This document shows, piece by piece, positions 1-14,699 of a stretch of DNA of 64,000 nucleotides. Source of the stretch: the human T2T-CHM13v2.0 reference genome, Homo sapiens. Below the pieces are notes generated by a model. It did not search any database. It was given only the letters and a program-made list of their open reading frames with translations, and had not been told where the DNA came from. The stretch lies in assembly GCF_009914755.1 (NCBI RefSeq), contig NC_060928.1; one strand, written 5' to 3'. A program made the position numbers and the translations under genes. The first letter of the stretch is position 1. The number at the start of each line of letters is the position of its first letter.

Positions 1-330
1 GGATGAGTTCATGTTCTTTGCAGGGACATGGATGAAGCTGGAAACTATCATTCTCAGCAAACTAACACAGGAACAGAAAACCAAACACCACATATTGTCA
101 CTCATAAGTGGGAGTTTAATAATGAGAACACATGGACACAGGGTGGGGAACATCACACACCGGGGCCGGTCAGGGGGTGGGGGGCTAGGGGAGGGATAGC
201 ATTAGGAGAAATACCTAATGTAGATTACAGGCTGATGGGTGCAGCAAACCATCATGGCACATATATACTTACGTAACAAACCTGCACATTCTACACAAGT
301 ATCCTAGAACTTTAAGTATAATTTAAAAAT
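1..330 (+). mobile_element. L1PA LINE-1 3' end (ORF2 C-terminus and 3' UTR), running off the window start
   Basis: ORF 11..199 reads FAGTWMKLETIILSKLTQEQKTKH, the L1 ORF2p C-terminus. It is followed by the G-rich 3' UTR, GCAGCAAACCATCATGGCAC...AACCTGCAC and an A-rich tail. Confidence 0.95.
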
Positions 331-1169
331 TGTAGAATAAAGCAATATGAAATAGTAAAAAAAAAAGTATTTTTTTTATTCATGGTAAAATAAATAAAAT
401 AGCCTGCTTATGTATCTCTACTTTTCAAAAATTTGCATATTCTCAATACATAGAATATTCAAGTACATTTTTATAGACTATCCTGAAAAAAACGAAGCCA
501 AATTCTTAGTTTAAATATTTGAATAATTCTGTGGATGATTTTGCTCTGTCAACTTTTTATATCTTAAACAAAGGCTACAAGGAAGAATGTCTGCAACTTG
601 ATTGGAATTTGAATCTCCCAATATGTTTCATCCACAGTCAATTATTATTACATTTTTGTTTCCTCTGATTAAAAAAAAATCTGATCTTACTTACATGTGG
701 ATTTTTCATTATTTTATTCTTGCAACATAACCTTATCTTTGGGTTTTAAAGAATAGCACAATATGCCCCCATGAACTGTCAAAATATGTGTAATTTAAAC
801 TCCACAAACTCTGAAGTAGTTATAAAAGTAGTATAACAAATTTTTGCTGATGATCAAAGAGTTAATTTGCATAAGATTACACATATTAAGTTGTTGAGCA
901 AAGACACAAATCCAGACATGATTGTTTGTCATATTTCACCATTTTTTGACAGATAAATGTTATGGCACTTCTAAGATGCTAGACATTTTAAATGTATTTC
1001 CTTCTTTATATCATTATCTCTCAGGATGAAAATTATTTTAATTTTTCACAGAATGAAAATTATTTTTAGCTTAATCAAGTATATGGGCACTTACATACTA
1101 ACACATAGTCTTTTGCTATGGGAAATTCAGTCACTGACAAAGATGGTATTTTATAAGAGGAAAAAGTTC

Positions 1170-1358
1170 AGGTAAGTTCAAACCTAGACTCAGTCACCAA
1201 AATATGAGTGAGCCTATAGGAAAGGTACTTCAACTTCCTAGATTTATATTTCCTCAGCTTGCAAAATTGCCAGATAATACTTACCTTGCTGACTACGGTC
1301 AAGTTTCAAGGTAATATATACAGGATGTGTAGCATGGAGGCACTGCTCAATAAATAAA
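1170..1358 (+). mobile_element. MIR SINE, degenerate
   Basis: Core-like TTTCCTCAGCTTGCAAAATTG...ATAATACTTACCTTGC and 3' GCACTGCTCAATAAAT resemble MIR consensus. Confidence 0.6.
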
Positions 1359-2264
1359 TGGCTGCTCTTAAGCAGGATTGGTGAAAAAATATATTATTTC
1401 AACGGACATTAATATTTCTACCACTTCATAATATTCATTAACATAAAGACATATTTCTGAAAATACATTACAAAACACTTATAGATGTGTGTATGTGTAT
1501 GTGTGTGTGTATATGTGACAAAAAATATTCTTTACAGTTAATCAAAAGAATGTTTTTTCAAATAAACATATGGAGATTTAGAGGACTTAGAGATGTGAAT
1601 AACCGTACTTTATTTATCCCACATATTTACTGAGGAGCAGGTTAAAAAAAGGACATATGAAGATCATATTTCCATGATTTCCCTACCAGCTGTAATTGCC
1701 TTATATCCCTTTGAACAATTTACAGCCACATTTCCACCAATGAGACAATAGAATTAGATGCCCTTTAAGTTACATAACAACCCCAAAATTCTGTTCTGAC
1801 TATATTACTCTTCCCAATTAAATAATATAAAATTATCACAACTATGACAACTCATTTCTTCCCTCAAAATTACCAGTCTATAGCATAACGATAAATTAAT
1901 CTATGCCAACCACATTCACAATGCATATTGTTGTGGAACGTGAATCACATTGGCTGAGCTTTTCAGGTTCATTTTTACAGTACTAATACTCTGATGGCAA
2001 TTCTAAGTTTTGTTCTTAATTTTGCAGTGTACAAACTCAAAATGATCAATTTCAACAAGTCCCTGAGATTAGACATACCCTACAAAATTTATACAAACCT
2101 CTGCAATGACTTCCTGCAACAGAAATGTATCTCTATGGAAGCACTGCCAGTGGCATGCAGACACTCTTGAATAAAATAAACCCTCCCAGGACCCCATGTT
2201 CTCCTATAATCATTACCTCATTTCCCTCACCATTGTTCCCAGGATCACTTCTCTGTTTTTATAA

Positions 2265-3335
2265 CATTTGACTATTTAGCAATATTTGACACTGTTGGAA
2301 ATTTTTTCTTCCTTGGAATTTTGTTTTTCAGTTTTTCTCCATTCATTCAAAATGCCTCTTTTCTAGGTCCCCTTCCTAACTGGTTACTCCTCTAACTCCT
2401 TTGCCAGCATCTCTATTCCACTAGATTTCTCACTGTTCATGGATATGATCCAAGACCCATTCTTTTCTCCATCTTTTCCTTGACAACCTCAATTAGCTCA
2501 TAGCTTTAAACACGCTGACATGCCTTTTACTTCAAATGTACACATTCAGCCCTGGGGTCTTCTTTGAATTGCAGACTCAAACCCCCAACTGTCCATTTGA
2601 TACGTCCACTTGGGTTTCTGATAGGCATCTCATAATTAACATATCTAAAGTAGAACTGTTTTTACCCTCCTCCCACTCCACTCTCCAGCAATTCTGATGA
2701 ATTTAACCTCTTATCTTTGTTGTTCTCACCCAAGCCATCATCTCTCATCTTGAGTATCACAAGTGACTTCTAACTGATCTCTCTGCTTTCCTCTTGCCCT
2801 CTTCCAATCTAGGCTCACCAGAGCAACCAGAGGGATCTTTTCAAAATATAAATCAAATTGTAATGTTCCTCTGCTTAAAACCAACCCAAAGCCTCACATT
2901 ACACTTAGAATAAATGTACATACAATAAACCTCAATATCTATCCCCTGCCACCTTCTGACCACATCTACTGATGCTCTACCCCTTGCTCAGCACTTCTAG
3001 TTATGCTAATCTTTTTGTTCTTAAAATATATCGATGTCACTCAAATATTAGGGACTTACCTTAAGATCTTTGAAGAGCTGACTCCTCAAAATTCAAGAAT
3101 CAGCTTCAGTGTTATCTCCTTAGAGGGGCCTTTCCTATCAAATTAATCTCTAGCACTTTATCCTGTTTTGTATTCAACATATAGTATTGGTTATTTTGTA
3201 TTCATCTATTTGTTTATTTTTCTCTCTTTCTCCCTATGTATAACTTTAGACAGGCCCTTGTCTATCTTATTCACTTTTTTATACCTAATGCCTAAAACAT
3301 TGTTTGCCTCTTGGCAAACTCTCAATGCACATTGA
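2265..3335 (+). mobile_element. L2 LINE 3' portion
   Basis: AGCAATATTTGACACTGTTG (L2 ORF2-like), TCCACTTGGGTTTCTGATAGGCATCTCA, CAGAGGGATCTTTTCAAAATATAAATC and a 3' terminus CCTAAAACATTGTTTGCC...CTCAATGC. Confidence 0.8.
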
Positions 3336-5099
3336 AAAAGCAAAGTGCAACTGTATGTAGATGTATCTATTCATAATAGGCATGAAAATAGTATCAGATA
3401 TTTAAATAGACCTTGGATATTCTCTTCAAAAGATTAATAAAATGTCAACTTGGCTTAGTCTAAGAAGATATTTTTGTATTTTGCTAATAACCAGAAATCA
3501 ATTTAAGTATCTGTGAATAGCACAGACATAATGGATGTTGTGTCTTTGGAACTTATATATATGTTTTCTGACCAGTATATCTTTCCCACACCAAAGCGAC
3601 TCTAGCAGGTAGGCAGCCAATAAAAGCAATAGACATTAGGAAAAGCAGGGTCTGGCAGTCATAAAGTGCTGGCCTGCTTATGCGGGCACATAAATGCAAC
3701 TTCTAGTCAGTTAAGTCTATGGCTCTAACTTAATTTGAACAGGAAGAACTGAATAAGACATCTCAGTACGCCCGTTTCTGCACAGATTACACTGATAAGC
3801 TCAGTCCTAGAGAGCTCCAGGCACAAGGCCTGACAGTTCCATTATTTCACAGGTCATTATATGTGGCACTCAACACAAATCCTAGGGTTTGAGATTAGGT
3901 CATGTTTCCTGGTCAATCAACAATTCTCTTATAGTTTTTTTAAAAAAATCTAGAAATGCCTCCAATAATTTGTACCATGGTAGAAATATTGTTAGGGATT
4001 ATTGAATACTATTTCCTCAGGAATATTCAAGAGAGTTGCCACGGTAAACCTTAAGTATTGGAAACCACATGTGATTCAAGGCTGAGTGTCTTTAATAAGC
4101 ACAGACACACCTCTCCTGCTGTGTAATTCATAGCCACTCTTCGTAAAGAAAAACACAGGCGGGAAAAGGTTAGTCTTTAGTGACCTAAATCTTCTGAGTA
4201 CTTGCTTGAATGGCAGGCATGAGACAGAGGCTGCCTCCCTGAGGGTTCAAGGACATTTGCCTATTTGTAGATTCTCATCCCTGTGGATGGGTCACTGTTA
4301 GGCCAGCATTTCATTAAGTGTAATAAGGTATGAAAACCTATCTTTTATTTTTACAGAGAAATTCTCTTTCTGTCCATATTCTTTTCCTCACTAGCAAAAA
4401 GAATCTGCTAATAACACAGTTCTTTAACAAGTCTAAGCTCATTTATCACTATATGTGCTCTCATTTGGTTTCTTTAATTATTCTCCATTTTGCTAATTGT
4501 GATTATCCAGAGTACCACAATTTATCATATTTCTCTACCTCTTAAAAGACTCATTTATGGTTCTTGTTCTTTCATGAATTCTTATTAACATTTTTAATTG
4601 CAGCTGCTTTAAAGGATCTTCCATACTTCCCTCTTCTTCTCAAAGTGTAGCCATATTTATCCTTAATGTCCCTAATCATTTTTTTTCTAATTTATTCTAC
4701 TCTCTGTTGCTGTTGGAGGTGTATTTTTTAAAAATCTAAACCTTTCTGCACAGGAAATTAAAGTCTCTAATTGATTTTCTGTTTAGATAGTAATGGCATG
4801 AATGCCACCTTGTAGGAAAGTAAAAGCAGATAACTTGAATGTTTTATTTAATAGGTAATAAAATGCACTGGACACAATTCAATGAGTAAAATTAAAAATA
4901 AGCCCCAAATAAATAAATAAACAACAGGTAAGTTCTGCAACAGATTTCGCAGAACTTGGCATGCAAACTTTCTAACTTCATATATTGGAATCCACCCCAT
5001 CTACATTCAAGAAACATAAACTGTTCACCCAAGAGATTCAGAATATTATGTTAAGTAAAAATAAAAACCAAAACTGAGTTCTCATATTAAATACATAGC

Positions 5100-5890
5100 A
5101 TTGTATAGATGTGATAAGATATATAGAGTAATACAGAAAGATCAATGTATTTCAAAAGATCAGAGGGAAAAAAGGCACCTTTTAACTAGGAAAATCATGG
5201 AATACTTTGAGGAAGAGGTGACATTTGAGATAGAACTTAAGATTTGGAATATTTGACATAGTCACTAAAGCTAGTACCCCAATAAAGCACAGAAGTAGTA
5301 AAATATAAGATGAATTTTGCAATGATAATACAGTAGGGATAGAGAAGAAGGTACATAAGGGGATGGTATAAGATCAAGCTTAACTGTAAGTTGGCTTGAT
5401 CACATAGAAACTGACATGAAATTTTAGCCCTAATATGCAATAGATAAGCATTCAACAGTTTAAGTTTCAGAGTAATATGATTGCTTGTATAATAGAAAAA
5501 CAAATCTTATAATGGAGGGTACATCAGCTATAAGACTATTACAATAGACTAACTCAAGCTTGAAGTAAGGTAGCAGAAAAAGAAATGGAAATGAACTTGA
5601 TTTAATGCTAAATTTTGGAAATAGAATAAATATATTCATACTAATTAAATGAGAATAAAGCTTAAGCTAAAGGAAATCCAAGATTTTGCACTAAGGTAAC
5701 TAACAATAAAAAAAATATCAAACAGTGAGAGGTTGTTAAGTTTTAAGTAGTCCAAATATATTCATTATTTTTTAATTCTCACACCGTTCTTATGAAGCTA
5801 CAAATCAGTTTGCCATAAAAAAATTAGAAAATGTGATGGGAGAATAGATTTGGAGTGAAGGATAATAAATTTGGTTTAATTTTAGATACA
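5100..5890 (-). mobile_element. L2 fragments
   Basis: GAGGAAGAGGTGACATTTGAGATAGAACTTAA and purine-rich tracts typical of antisense L2. Confidence 0.6.
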
Positions 5891-5892
5891 GC

Positions 5893-6270
5893 TTTAGTCA
5901 AGATTGGGTAAGCTATGCTACAGAAAGTTATCTCCCTTACCTTAGAAATTGAACATAAGAGAGTTTATTTTTCACTCTCATTACATGTTCCACACAGATT
6001 GTCTGGGGACTCTTCCTATACAGTCACAGACTGATAGAGGTTCTGCCCTCTTTAGCTAACATTTGAATCAGAGGGCCTCTGACTGTTCCACAGAAAGAGA
6101 ACACTGGGATGCAATAGGTATGAGTTTTTTACTGCGTCTGCCCAGACATGATGCATATTATTTCCACTCCCAGTCCATTGTACGGAGCTAATTACATGGT
6201 CTTAACATAATTGTAAGGGATTCTATGAAATGCAGAGGAGCACATGGACTGCTTAGGTGAGCACGACTCT
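5893..6270 (-). mobile_element. Old MaLR LTR (MLT1J/K/L-like)
   Basis: TTAGTCAAGATTGGGTAAGCTATGCT start and TTCCACTCCCAGTCCATTG...TTACATGGTCTTAACATAATTGTAAGGGA...GAAATGCAG, similar to antisense MLT1. Confidence 0.55.
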
Positions 6271-7176
6271 CTCCTACAGGCACCATCTGTTTCTTTACAA
6301 GACATAGAAGTATAATAGAAATGGTGTCCAGAACCTAGTATAAAGCTCCCAATTCATTTTGCCGATGATTTGCTAAAGTAGAGGTCCTAGATCGCACCAT
6401 TTTCTTACTCAGAATTTTGTTTTCCACAATGTGATTCTATTTGTTGAAAAATTTTTCCCTTTTCTTATCCTAAAAAATCTCTATTTATCCTTCAAAATGC
6501 AGTTCAATATGTTGAAGAAATAGTACTGAGGCACTTGGCTATCTACAGCAAAGGATAAAGACTCATCTCAAATAAAAATATATTGTGGGGAAAATAAAAA
6601 ATAAACATCAATTTTTAAAAAATATTAAATACTTGAAGAAGATATAGGTTAACATTTTGAGTATAGTTATAGGAAAAATTGCAAACAAACATTAATTGAT
6701 CTAATTACATAAATATAAAATTTCTGGACATAAAATACATTGAAAAATAAAAACAAGATAAACATTTGTAAAATGTAATTATTTTAAAAAATCATATCTC
6801 TAAAAGGAATATTGCGAAGAACAAGTAAATTCATAAAAGCAATACAAATAACCATAAGAAAACTTTAAAAATAACAAAATACTAATTATTAAAGAAATTC
6901 TTAATGTAAATAGCAGTAAGTTTACTTTTATACCTGTGAAATGGGCAACTCAGAATTCTAAGCACAGAAATAAAAACTCAGACACTATTTGTGAGTATTA
7001 TTACTAGAGAATGTTTCTTAAAATTATTCAGTAATTTTATTAATTCATTTCACAGATATTTGCACATCTACTCTGTTCCTGACATTATTGCAGGCTTTAA
7101 GACACATCATTTGAAAGTAATACTAATTTCTAAAAGTAAAAGATCTCTACCTTCATAAAACTTACACTTTATTTGA

Positions 7177-7930
<754 letters not shown>

Positions 7931-8454
7931 GGGACAGGGATGCTAGACTAATAGAGACAATACAGAACAGAGTAGAAAAGTAAGTTACAAGGTGACAAAA
8001 AATGTTATTGGCAAAAAGAAAAGAATTAGAATAAGGTAAGAGTGATTGTTATTTCAAGGTAGTGGGAAGGCTAGTTTCCAGTGTCAAGTAGAGTGATTAG
8101 GACAGACCCCATTGAGAGGATAAGATTTATACAAAGATGAAGGAGGATGAAGAATCAACCAAGCAGTTTTTTGAGTAAGATTATTACAGACAGAATATTT
8201 GAGCAAATGACACATTGGATTTTACCTGAAAATTTTGAGGAACAGCAATGAAGTTATTGTTACTAGAATGCTGGCAGCCATGGGAGGAGATGGAATGAAT
8301 GAATTGACTGAGGGAGGGACAGAATATAAATCGTGTAGGACTGTCTGAGGACTTGAAAGTCTTTTTGCTATAACTGAAACAGAGATTCACAGTAGGTTTT
8401 GGACAGAGGGTAACATAAAATATTTTCTCTAACAAAAGGATTGCTCTAGCATTT

Positions 8455-9660
8455 TTACTTCTAGCCATGAGGAGGTAACTGATTGAGACATACTCTTCTG
8501 CAATAAACATATAAAGCAATAGACAAACTATATGAGATAACAGTTTTCTGACATTGGACTGTGATTCCTGAGAAAAAGAAAAGAAAACTTAAAGGCTCAC
8601 ATAAACCACTTAAGAAGAGTTAATGAATAAATGCCGGGCACAACCTCTACACTGAAAAAGACAAAACACTGATAAGAGTAATTAAAGTAGGCATAAATAA
8701 ATGGAGAAATATACCATATTCATTGATTGTAAGACTCAATGTTACTGACATGTCCATCTTCCCACATTGGTCTATATGTTTTAATGCAGCTCCAAACTCA
8801 ATAAAAATTTGGTAGCAATTCATAAGGAGATTTAAAATTTATATAGAAATACAGGGATCTAGCATAAACAAAACTACTTTTGAAAAGAATATGTTGTGGC
8901 AACTTTTGCTGTGGGAGTTTAAGAATTTCTAAAAAGCTATTGTAATTATACAGTTGAGTGTTAGTGTAAGGGAAAGAACATAATAAACCCAAATAGAGAG
9001 TTTAGAAATAGAACTTGCAGAAACCTGATTTTCATCAAAGATGCAATTTTTTTGGGAAAGAAAAATCAACAAATGCCACCCTAACATCTGAATAAACATA
9101 AATTGCAAGCCCTACCTAATACTATATACAAAAATTAATCTGAAATTAATCATAGGCCAACCATGAAAGCTAAAAATATGAACTCCTTGGGGATCACATA
9201 TGAGAATATCTTCATGACGCTGGAGTAGGCAAAGACTTCCTTAAGAAGACACTGAGAGTTAAAACACTTAAAAAAATGATAAATTGGACATCATCAAAAT
9301 TAAACACTTTATTTTTTGAATAATAAAATGATAATATGGTACTACTTTGGAAAACTAGTCAGTCATCTACTCTAGGCCCCAAATATTCCACTTCTTCCCT
9401 AAGAGGTGAGTTTGATTGAGGGATTTACTCAAGATAAATGAAGATATATGCACATGAAAAGAGTTGTGCAAAAATGTTTATAGAAGCTTTATGCGAAACA
9501 GCCGCAAACTAGAAACAATCCAAATGCCCAACAAGTGAATGACAATATATTGTTGAATATGTATCCATTATAATGTTACTGAGCAATTTACAAAATCAAC
9601 TATTGATTCAGTCAACAATATAAGGAATCTCTAAAATATTATTTCAAACAGAATAAGGAA
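8455..9660 (+). mobile_element. Old L1M (L1MC/MD-like) fragments: 5'-end-like piece plus ORF2 3' region
   Basis: AAATAAATGGAGAAATATACCATATTCATTGATTGTAAGACTCAAT and GATAAATTGGACATCATCAAAATTAAA are L1 ORF2 landmarks. Confidence 0.8.
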
Positions 9661-12600
9661 TGAGCTATCATTATGGCTGTACAACATATGGAATAAGAAG
9701 TCAGAATTATCTTTGTCCAAAATTCCCCTTAATTACAACTCTACACAACAGAAGCAGAAGATGGCTATGGGGTGTTTTATAATGCTCTTTCAGATTAGAT
9801 TATTCTTAGTGCAATGCTTTTCATATCTGTGCTTATGATGTTATAGAAAGTCCTGAAATTGACTAAGAGAAGGGCAGAAGTTACATGTATGTTCAGTTGT
9901 GTTCTCTCAACATGACAATGCTTCTGCTGATTCTAAAATATTCCCTGCCTTCTGAATGTCTCTGAAGGGTTGACTCAAGGGTCATCTGTGTTGCTTTGCA
10001 ATTCTGGAAGCAAACATAGAGGAAAATGTAGGGAAGGGCAAGTTGAAGGGACACTAAGAAAGTATCAACAGCTAAATATTGAGTCTGAAAGTTTCGGGCT
10101 TCCTCGCTAAAGTATGTACTGCTGTTCGCTCATTTTGCCACAATTCATGTTTGGGTTGGAGTTTTATAGAAGGCAAAGGAAGATGTAATCTGCTTTGACT
10201 CATAAGCCTGTGATTCTTTGGCATAGTTACTATCAAAAAACTAAATTCCAGGTGACAGTGTGACATTTTTATTAGAAGGAATGGCTGCCAAAATTGGAAA
10301 TAAGAGTCTCTACCAAAGTCCTTTTTATTGTGCTCAGACCTCTCATAACCATATATCCTTGCTTGAAAGGACAGTGTTGTTAGAAATTAAAACTTCCTTC
10401 ACACCTATTGCCTTCCACTCATTCAACCAATGACCTGAATTGGGTGGAGCCATAGTTGATGTGAAAAATCCTAAACTCCAAACTGCCTCTGGGTCCAAAG
10501 TGAACCTATTTCTCATTAAAATAAAGAATTTTCCTATTCTCCCTGGTTTTAGCAACTATAGTTAGGGGTTAGAAGGTAAAGGCCATGGGTAGGGTTTAGA
10601 AGGCACTTCCTTCTGAGCCCAGAAGTCTTCAACTGACAATTTCAATTACTTTTCATGATAGTAACTTTGGTCTGTCCAGTCCGCTATTCCCTGTATCGTC
10701 CAGTTAAAAACCTTTATTATGCAAACCTTCAGAGGAGCCCATATAATCATGAAAACTCAGGGAGATATGACTCAGCTCTTTAAAACTTAAAATTCTTAAA
10801 CGAAAAAAAAAAACTCACATGAAAAGAGATAAAAACCCAATGCTGCAGCTGCCCATAAAATCTGGGAAAGTATGTTAAGTGGGTGTCCTTACAAGGAGTT
10901 ATATGGAAACACAAACTGAACACAACAGAGTTTGCTTTTGATTTCCATATACTTTTGGCTCTTGCTATTTTTAGGCCCACAGGTACATCCACAGGTGCCT
11001 CATGAAGAAGCAGCTGAACCAGAAGGGTTCCAGGGTTTACTGAAATATATCAGTAATGATCATACCTCTATAAACAGAACTTGGAAATTTCAAGGGCTTA
11101 TGACTGTCAGTAGCCATGTTATCATTGCTCGAGAACCCAGAGGCAAGCTGTTCATCTTCTGATGCTTCTCTCTCCTGTGTTCAATGTTCATTATGCTTTG
11201 GAAGTGCAAGGCCACTGTCATAATAAACAGCATTCAAAGTGATTTATTGTTTTCTGCTGATGTTTAGACTTTGGCTGCTACGTATTATTGCCAAAAGCAC
11301 AGACTTTTATATGTTCTGATGTATTCTGATGTTCAAAATGACCTGAAACAGAAAAGCAGAAAAGGTGGGCAAGACAGTCTAGTAAGCTGTTAAAGGCAAT
11401 TTTAATTCTGGTAAGAGGCTAGAGAAATTCATCAAAATCCTCTTATTCTCTAGAAACAGAACTTAATCTTCTAAGTACTTCATTTCTCACCTAAAATAAA
11501 AGATTCTAAAGACTTTTAGTAATGAGAAATGCTGTGTACCCTCCCTTGTCAATCTCAAATCTACCACCCCCAGCAAACATTAACTAAATTTCTGCCTGCC
11601 ATGACCCTTCTTCTTGTCCTTTCCCTGGTGACAATGTGTTATGAATATTAGTCATTCTCATTCTCTGTCTCTGCCTCTCTCTCTCTCTTTCTGCCTCTCT
11701 TTCTTTCTATCTCTCTTACACACACATTATCCTGCTCAGAAAACTCATAATATTTTTTCTTGAATATTGGTATGACAACACCAGTAGTTCCAACAGCAAC
11801 AGCATTGTTCTAAAAAAGGAAATGTTAGGAAGATATATGTGAATATACCTCAAAAATGTCCTTTAACTGTAAAAATACATATTCTTCCCCGGCTTCTAAT
11901 GTGCAACGTAGCATTCCCAATGGCATTGTTCTGGTTTTCTTCAAAAGGTGGCAGCAAACACCCTACTGTTATCTCTTCAATGAACTGCCTGGTATCTTGC
12001 TAAGTTAAGGCGTCCTACGCATGAGGATGGGGATGGGGACTGGTGCCTAGCCTTAGCCAATGTGGATCCCATTACAGAGGATTAGGATGACACTAATGGG
12101 GTTGATTCTGCAGCATGTTCATCCTCTGTCTGCCAATATTCAGAGTGAGCAGCCAGAGAACAGAATATCTATGGGTTGGTGCCAAGACAACTGCAATAAC
12201 AGAGGCTTGCTGCTATCATTGCCTCTTCAGAATGGAGGCAGAAGGTAACACAAAAAAAGGACACCAGCAGCAGGGTCTTCAGAGTCACCTGGAGTGAAGG
12301 GGCCAAAGCCATGAGGTGCCCTGCTGTGCTGTCAATGCCCCTTGTTTAAGAAGGCTTGGTTCAAGTACACACCTCGTGCTATAAAGGTTGATTTGGGGAA
12401 AGGCCTAGGATTATCACAAGTTCAATAAATAATATTCTTTGCTATGCTTAGGAGGAATTTTTTCCTATATTTGGTGTTCTATAGATAAGGATTGAATTCA
12501 TAGCTTTTTTTCTGGCACAAAATCTGGCAAAGAGGCAGAATTTGTATCCAAAATGGAAAGTTTCTATACATTTTCACGTGCGCCTTCTTTGGCATCAGTC

Positions 12601-13967
12601 GGTACAGCCACAGCTGACAGCCACTGCAGACACCAAGAACTGATTCTCAGAAGCAGGAAGAAGATAAAATCATGTCCAAAAGCAGCCTCTAAAAGCTTAG
12701 TCACCCCAAATTCTCAGGATGTCACACAAGCGTTAGACAGTTTATAGTCCTTGATTTACTTTCTAAGAGGAAAAAAAAGAGGCTTCTTTTGGAAATTCAG
12801 AGAACCAAGTTAACGGTGTCTTGATTGGACAATAGGCATTTTTGCTTCAGGACCTTACATATCACCGTATTGTTAACCCACCTCCAACCTGGACAGGAGA
12901 AGAGTAGAAACAAACATGCTGTCACGACACCATTTCTTCAAATAAGAACAAAAGTTAAGAATATTAGAAAGTAACCTTTTAAGATTTCACAAACCAGCTG
13001 TTTCTGTGCTAGTCACCTAAGAAAGCACTTCAAGTTCATTATTTTTCTCTTTTAATTTTGGATCTAAATATTTACACGTGGTTTCAGTCATCTCCTCAAA
13101 ATTGCTATGCAAATTCGTGAGCTCTCACTCCATTTCTGATGTTAGTAACATCATGGCCTTGACAAAACACCTGCTTTTCTATGATGTCGGGAGTATTGTT
13201 GGAGGGTGATTAAATACGAAAGTGAGGCAAAGCCCCGGACTCCCAGAGAATAACATTTCAAATAGGGAATCATGCTACATTAACAGTTCAAAATGTTGTC
13301 TATATTCATATAAATAGCGAAAGATGCTAAATAAGACAGTATATGTAATTCTTGCACTGGATGTGATAAGGAATAAACAAAGTCAACGAAAAGGTAGATA
13401 ATGTACCTGGATCCTTTCTGATACAATTTAAATTGTTTTCTTAAAACAATTCATATTTAACTAAATAATTTTACTGTTGTAACAATTCCTATTTCTCAAA
13501 ATAATTTTTAGTTAGATGACTCCCTATTTCTGTCAATAAGCACATTATGTAAGTAGGGCAAGGATAACTATTTTAGTGTTTTAGATTCAGAAGAAACAGT
13601 GAAACAGAAATTAAACATACTTTTATAAGTACAGCAGCAGCCTCCACTACTGATCCCTTGACTAGGCCTATAATCTCTTCATCAAGTTTCTTTCTACACT
13701 GAGTTTCTTTATAATATACATCGCTCATTACTTTGCCTCTTCTGCAAAGAAGAGCCTGACCACACAACTCAAGACTACATGAGTATGTGGCAAGCATGAG
13801 ATCACTATATAGAGATATTTTTACGAAACAGTCAAAATTTGTGCAGTTGGGAACAACATCAAGAGGCCATTTAACATTTTCCTTCCTTAATTCTCAGGTC
13901 TCTTTTAGAAGGTGAAATACAGTCTTGTCTTTTCTTTAGATGTTTTAATTAGCCAATAATTCAGTCC

Positions 13968-14580
13968 TACTTTATTAGTCAAAATCCAGTCAGGAGATAG
14001 AAACCACACAAGTAACGTTAACAGAGAAAATTTGCTATGAATAATTGTTAGCCAGGTATTAGAAAATGGAAAATGAAATAGAAAATGCTGAGGTATTGTG
14101 AACAAGTAACTGCAGGAAGCAGATGCTGATCCAGTGAGGGGGACAAGAGCAAAAGGACAAGGTTGGAATTATTAAAGTTTAGAATCTTGGAGAAGTGGCT
14201 TGGTGGAACTGGAGCTCAGATCTCTGAAAAGGAGGTGTTGCTTGGATGTTGCTGGAGCCTCAAGAACTCAGAGGGAAGACTCTGAGGAGTTGGGATTCAG
14301 AACCCTGAAAAATCTGTCTCTAATGGGGCTAGTTCTAGGAATACTGGGAAAAAAAATTGTAACCTGGAATCTGCTGCTTCTAATGTAGTGCACTGCTGCC
14401 AGTGAAGAAGTTTTGCATAAGAGACACTGATAGGAGCAGAAAATCCCCTCTTTAACCTCCAACCCTCTAGTCTCTTTGGCACCGTCTACGCCTACGGAAT
14501 CTAACAGGAACCAGCTTACAAAGGAGAAAACATGGTTTGCAGTGTCTCAGCCCCAGCATCATGAGCTGAATATGAAAGTA
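13968..14580. mobile_element. Ancient LTR-like element, family uncertain
   Basis: Starts TATTAGTCAAAATCCAGTCAGGAGATAGAAACCACAC, resembling old eutherian ERV LTR termini. GC content is higher than the flanks. Confidence 0.45.
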
Positions 14581-14699
14581 GTTTAATAATTGCCATACAT
14601 ATAAGAGAGTAATGACAATTCTCTGATTATGAATATGTTTATGTATTTTTTTCTGCCTAAGATGATATAGTAAATATGCTCTTAATGCTTTAATGAAAA

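Noticed and set aside
10932-11162. ORF with signal-peptide-like N-terminus and nearby acceptor TTTTTAG at ~10975
   Set aside because: It has a TTG start, the hydrophobic stretch is just a T-rich tract, there is no convincing donor, and I recognise no homology.
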